A DNA stretch of 64,000 bases, taken from Octopus bimaculoides (Eukaryota). The position numbers were made by a program, and so were the translations under genes. Location: positions 118,757,653-118,821,652 of the forward strand of contig NC_068985.1 of assembly GCF_001194135.2 (NCBI RefSeq), read 5' to 3'. A model generated the notes under the pieces. That model had not been told where the DNA came from and did no database searches. It saw nothing but the letters and a program-made list of their open reading frames with translations. This document shows, piece by piece, positions 61,161 to 64,000 of this stretch. Within the stretch, counting starts at the first letter, position 1. The number at the start of each line of letters is the position of its first letter.

Positions 61161-62720
61161 CAACAGCAACACCAACAACAACAATGACAATGATGGCCAC
61201 TCCTGTTGATTTCGATGTATGAGTGTTTAAAGGAAAGGATTAAAAAAAATAGTAAAAAAAGAAATGGATTAAAGAAAAGAAGCTGCATCTATTTGCAATG
61301 GATGCATGAATGTAATTAGAGTCACAGTGTTATGGAGTCACAATGGGGACAATGGTTCTGATTTTGCCTGGGATTGGACAAATGTGTCTACTGATTGCAA
61401 GATATAATTCTTTTATTGTTCTTTTTCTTCAACTCAAATTATTTAGATGCATCATGACATATTTTACACCATTCAGACCAACCTAGACGGTAATTTTCCA
61501 CAAGACATTAAATGAAGCTGTAGGGATGTTAGTGATTGCTTCAACTAATCCCTATACCTTAGCAGGGGTCCTCTTTTAATGTAGAATCCCTCTACTTGTT
61601 GGCTATACAAAACAGTTTTCAGAATGCAATCTCCTTGCATTCAAACAACATGTCTTACCCATCTGCTCTGAATTTTCAACAGCATGCTTTCAATACTGGA
61701 GATATCACATTTAAAAAAAATATTTGGTATTTGATATCTTATCTTGCCATTTTATATTGCAGATATAATAATAATAGCAGCAGCAACAACAACAACAATA
61801 GCAATAACAATTCTTTCTTTATAGAAACAATAACACAATTGCTACCCAACAAGTAACTCAATGCACAATATGAATTTTACTTAATCAACACCCAATAATA
61901 TAACACATTTTATACCCGACCAATAAAGTTACTCAGCACGTTTTTTTACACAATTGACACCCAATAATACAATGCAACCTATATAACATATATTCTATAA
62001 AACCACCATCTGCGACTTAAATACATAACATAACACATAAACACATACTCCAGACAATTATCACCCAATGAAATAACGCAACTCATATATTCTGCAACAA
62101 TATACTAATGAAACACTGAAGTAACCTCAGATACAACATAACAAAACCCATTCCAAAGCAAGACATTTGGAGCATATAGACATAGTCGCAGGTGTGACTG
62201 TGTGGTAAGAAGCTTGCTTCTCAACCACATAATTCCAGGTTCAGTCCCACAGCATAGCACCTCAGGCAAGTGTCTTCTACTATAGCCTCAGGCCAATCAA
62301 AGTCATGTAAGTGGTTTTGATAGATGGAAACTGAAAGAAGCCTGTCGTGTGTATATATATATATATGTGTGTGTGTATGTGTATATATATATATATATAT
62401 ANNNNNNNNNNCACTGAAGTAACCTCAGATACAACATAACAAAACCCATTCCAAAGCAAGACATTTGGAGCATATAGACATAGTCGCAGGTGTGACTGTG
62501 TGGTAAGAAGCTTGCTTCTCAACCACATAATTCCAGGTTCAGTCCCACAGCATAGCACCTCAGGCAAGTGTCTTCTACTATAGCCTTGGGCCAACCAAAG
62601 CTTTGTGAGTGGATTTGGTAGACGGAAACTGAAAGAAGCCCGTCGTATATAATATATCATCATCATCATCATTTAACGTCCGTTTTCCATGCTGGCATGG
62701 GTTGGACGGAAAGTATGAGA

Positions 62721-62839
62721 TGCTTACAGCACCTATGTTTCCCAAGTGGTCACCCATCTAAGAATTCACTAGGTTCAATGTTGCTTAACTTTGTTGATCA
62801 GACGAGAACTGGTGCTTTCAGCATGATATGGCTGTAAGC
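62721..62839 (-). pseudogene. Full-length 5S rRNA-derived copy (decayed)
   Basis: The reverse complement is GCTTACAGCCATATCATGCTGAAAGCACCAGTTCTCGTCTGATCAACAAAGTTAAGCAACATTGAACCTAGTGAATTCTTAGATGGGTGACCACTTGGGAAACATAGGTGCTGTAAGCA. It is colinear with metazoan 5S rRNA over 119 nt, many differences are CpG-type, and no oligo-T terminator follows. Confidence 0.9.
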
Positions 62840-63044
62840 TAGAAAAGGCCATAAGTATATGTATATATTTATGTATGTGTGTCTTTGTGTCTCTGTTTGA
62901 CACCCCACCATTGTTTGACAACTGATGTTGGTGTGTTTGCGTCCCTGTGACTAAGTAGTTTGGCAAAAGAAGGCTGATAGAATAAGTACTTGACTCACAA
63001 AGACTAGGTCCTGGGGTTGATTTCTTCAACTAAAAAGGAGTGAA

Positions 63045-63865
63045 CTAGTTAATTACATCGACCCCAGTACTCAACTAGTACTTATTTTATTGATCCTCAA
63101 AGGATGAAAGGCAAAGTCAACCTAAGCAGAATTTGATCTCAGAATGTGAAGACAGACAAAAAATACTGTTAAGCATTTCGCCTGGCATGCTAATGATTGC
63201 TTGCCCTTTAATACATGATAATAATTAATCATTTCTAACATAAGCAAAGAGCCAGAAATTTAGGAAAAGTGGTCAGTCAAATAAAACTGTTTCCAGCTCT
63301 TGAATAATACTTCAATTTATGGACTTTTGAAAGATAAAAGGCAAAGGCGACACTAGTGAGATTTGAACTCATAATGTTAAGAGCTAGAAAAAGTACTTGA
63401 TGGTGTTCTTGTCTGATGCTCTAATGATACTGCCAACTCACTGCCTTATTCCATGTTAATCCTTTCTGTCATAGGCACAAGGCTTGAAACATTTTAGGGA
63501 AGGGTTACATCTATTTCAGTACCCAACTGGTTCTTATTTTATTGATCCCAAAAGGACGAAAGGCAAAAAAAACATGAGCAGAATTTGAACTCAGAATGTT
63601 GGGATGGACAAAATATCACTAAACATTTTGTCTGGTGTGTTAACAACTCTACCAGCTCACTGCCTTGTTCCATATTAATAATCTGTTCTATCATAGGCAC
63701 AAGACCTGAAATTTTGTGGGAGGGGCTGGTCAATTACCTCGACCCCAGTGCTCAACTGATACTTATTTCATCGACCCTGAAAATATGAAAGGCAAAGCCG
63801 ACTTTGGTAGAATTTGAACTCAGAATGTAAAGATGGACAAAATGCCGCTAAGCATTTTGCTTGTC
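63045..63865 (-). mobile_element. Tandem cluster of four SINE-B copies
   Basis: Copies near 63045, 63230, 63460 and 63685. Confidence 0.8.
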
Positions 63866-64000
63866 TTTATATGGAAATCTTTGAGAAATTTGTCCAAATA
63901 CAATGGTGTTGGTTTGGATGTTTATTTCTTCAGTTTGGACTTTTAACCTGAAACTGGGAAAAAAAAAAAAAATTGTGTAACTAAACATCGGTATACAATT

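Noticed and set aside
62114-62586. 175-bp exact direct duplication (62114-62288 and 62412-62586)
   Set aside because: The copies flank a 10-N gap and then diverge into different SINE-A variants. This is typical of unmerged contig overlap or mis-extension, not biology.
52051-64000. Next upstream FBXL16 exon (expected to end ...LEELxLD-R, phase 2)
   Set aside because: I found no matching minus-strand translation with a donor site. It is probably beyond 64000 or in the gaps at 55345-55697 or 56416-56515.

Overview
This is AT-rich eukaryotic genomic DNA from a gapped draft assembly, with many N runs, most of them next to (TA)n/(CA)n/(TAA)n microsatellites. The SINE families match those I recall from Octopus (probably O. 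bimaculoides); the species is an inference. The only protein-coding gene I can support is an FBXL16-like F-box/LRR gene on the minus strand. Its last two coding exons are 51902-52050 and 35635-35783 (149 nt each, canonical splice sites, compatible phases), separated by a 16.1-kb intron, with a probable 3' UTR running to about 34065. Its upstream exons are not visible. The rest is mostly transposon-derived: several tRNA-headed SINE families (labelled A-F and H here), decayed non-LTR retrotransposon pieces (R4/Dong-like and HERO-like RLE, RTE, RTE-X, CR1/L2-like, Penelope-like), mariner/Tigger, hAT and piggyBac-like MITEs, two 5S rRNA-derived sequences, a SINE-derived minisatellite and microsatellites. 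Nearly all entries in the ORF track are artefacts of gaps, microsatellites or repeats. Best leads: (1) a foldback element family whose two inverted arms each match a minimal type I hammerhead ribozyme topology, plus solo Penelope-LTR-like hammerhead motifs and a Penelope-like RT remnant; (2) a full-length 5S rRNA copy fused to an RTE-type SINE tail, a candidate SINE3 or template-switch chimera; (3) RLE retrotransposons repeatedly sitting in (TAA)n tracts next to SINE-B copies; (4) inverted SINE-B pairs just upstream of both FBXL16 splice acceptors. There is no prokaryotic system and no CRISPR array. All folds, alignments and counts were done by eye, and repeat boundaries are approximate.
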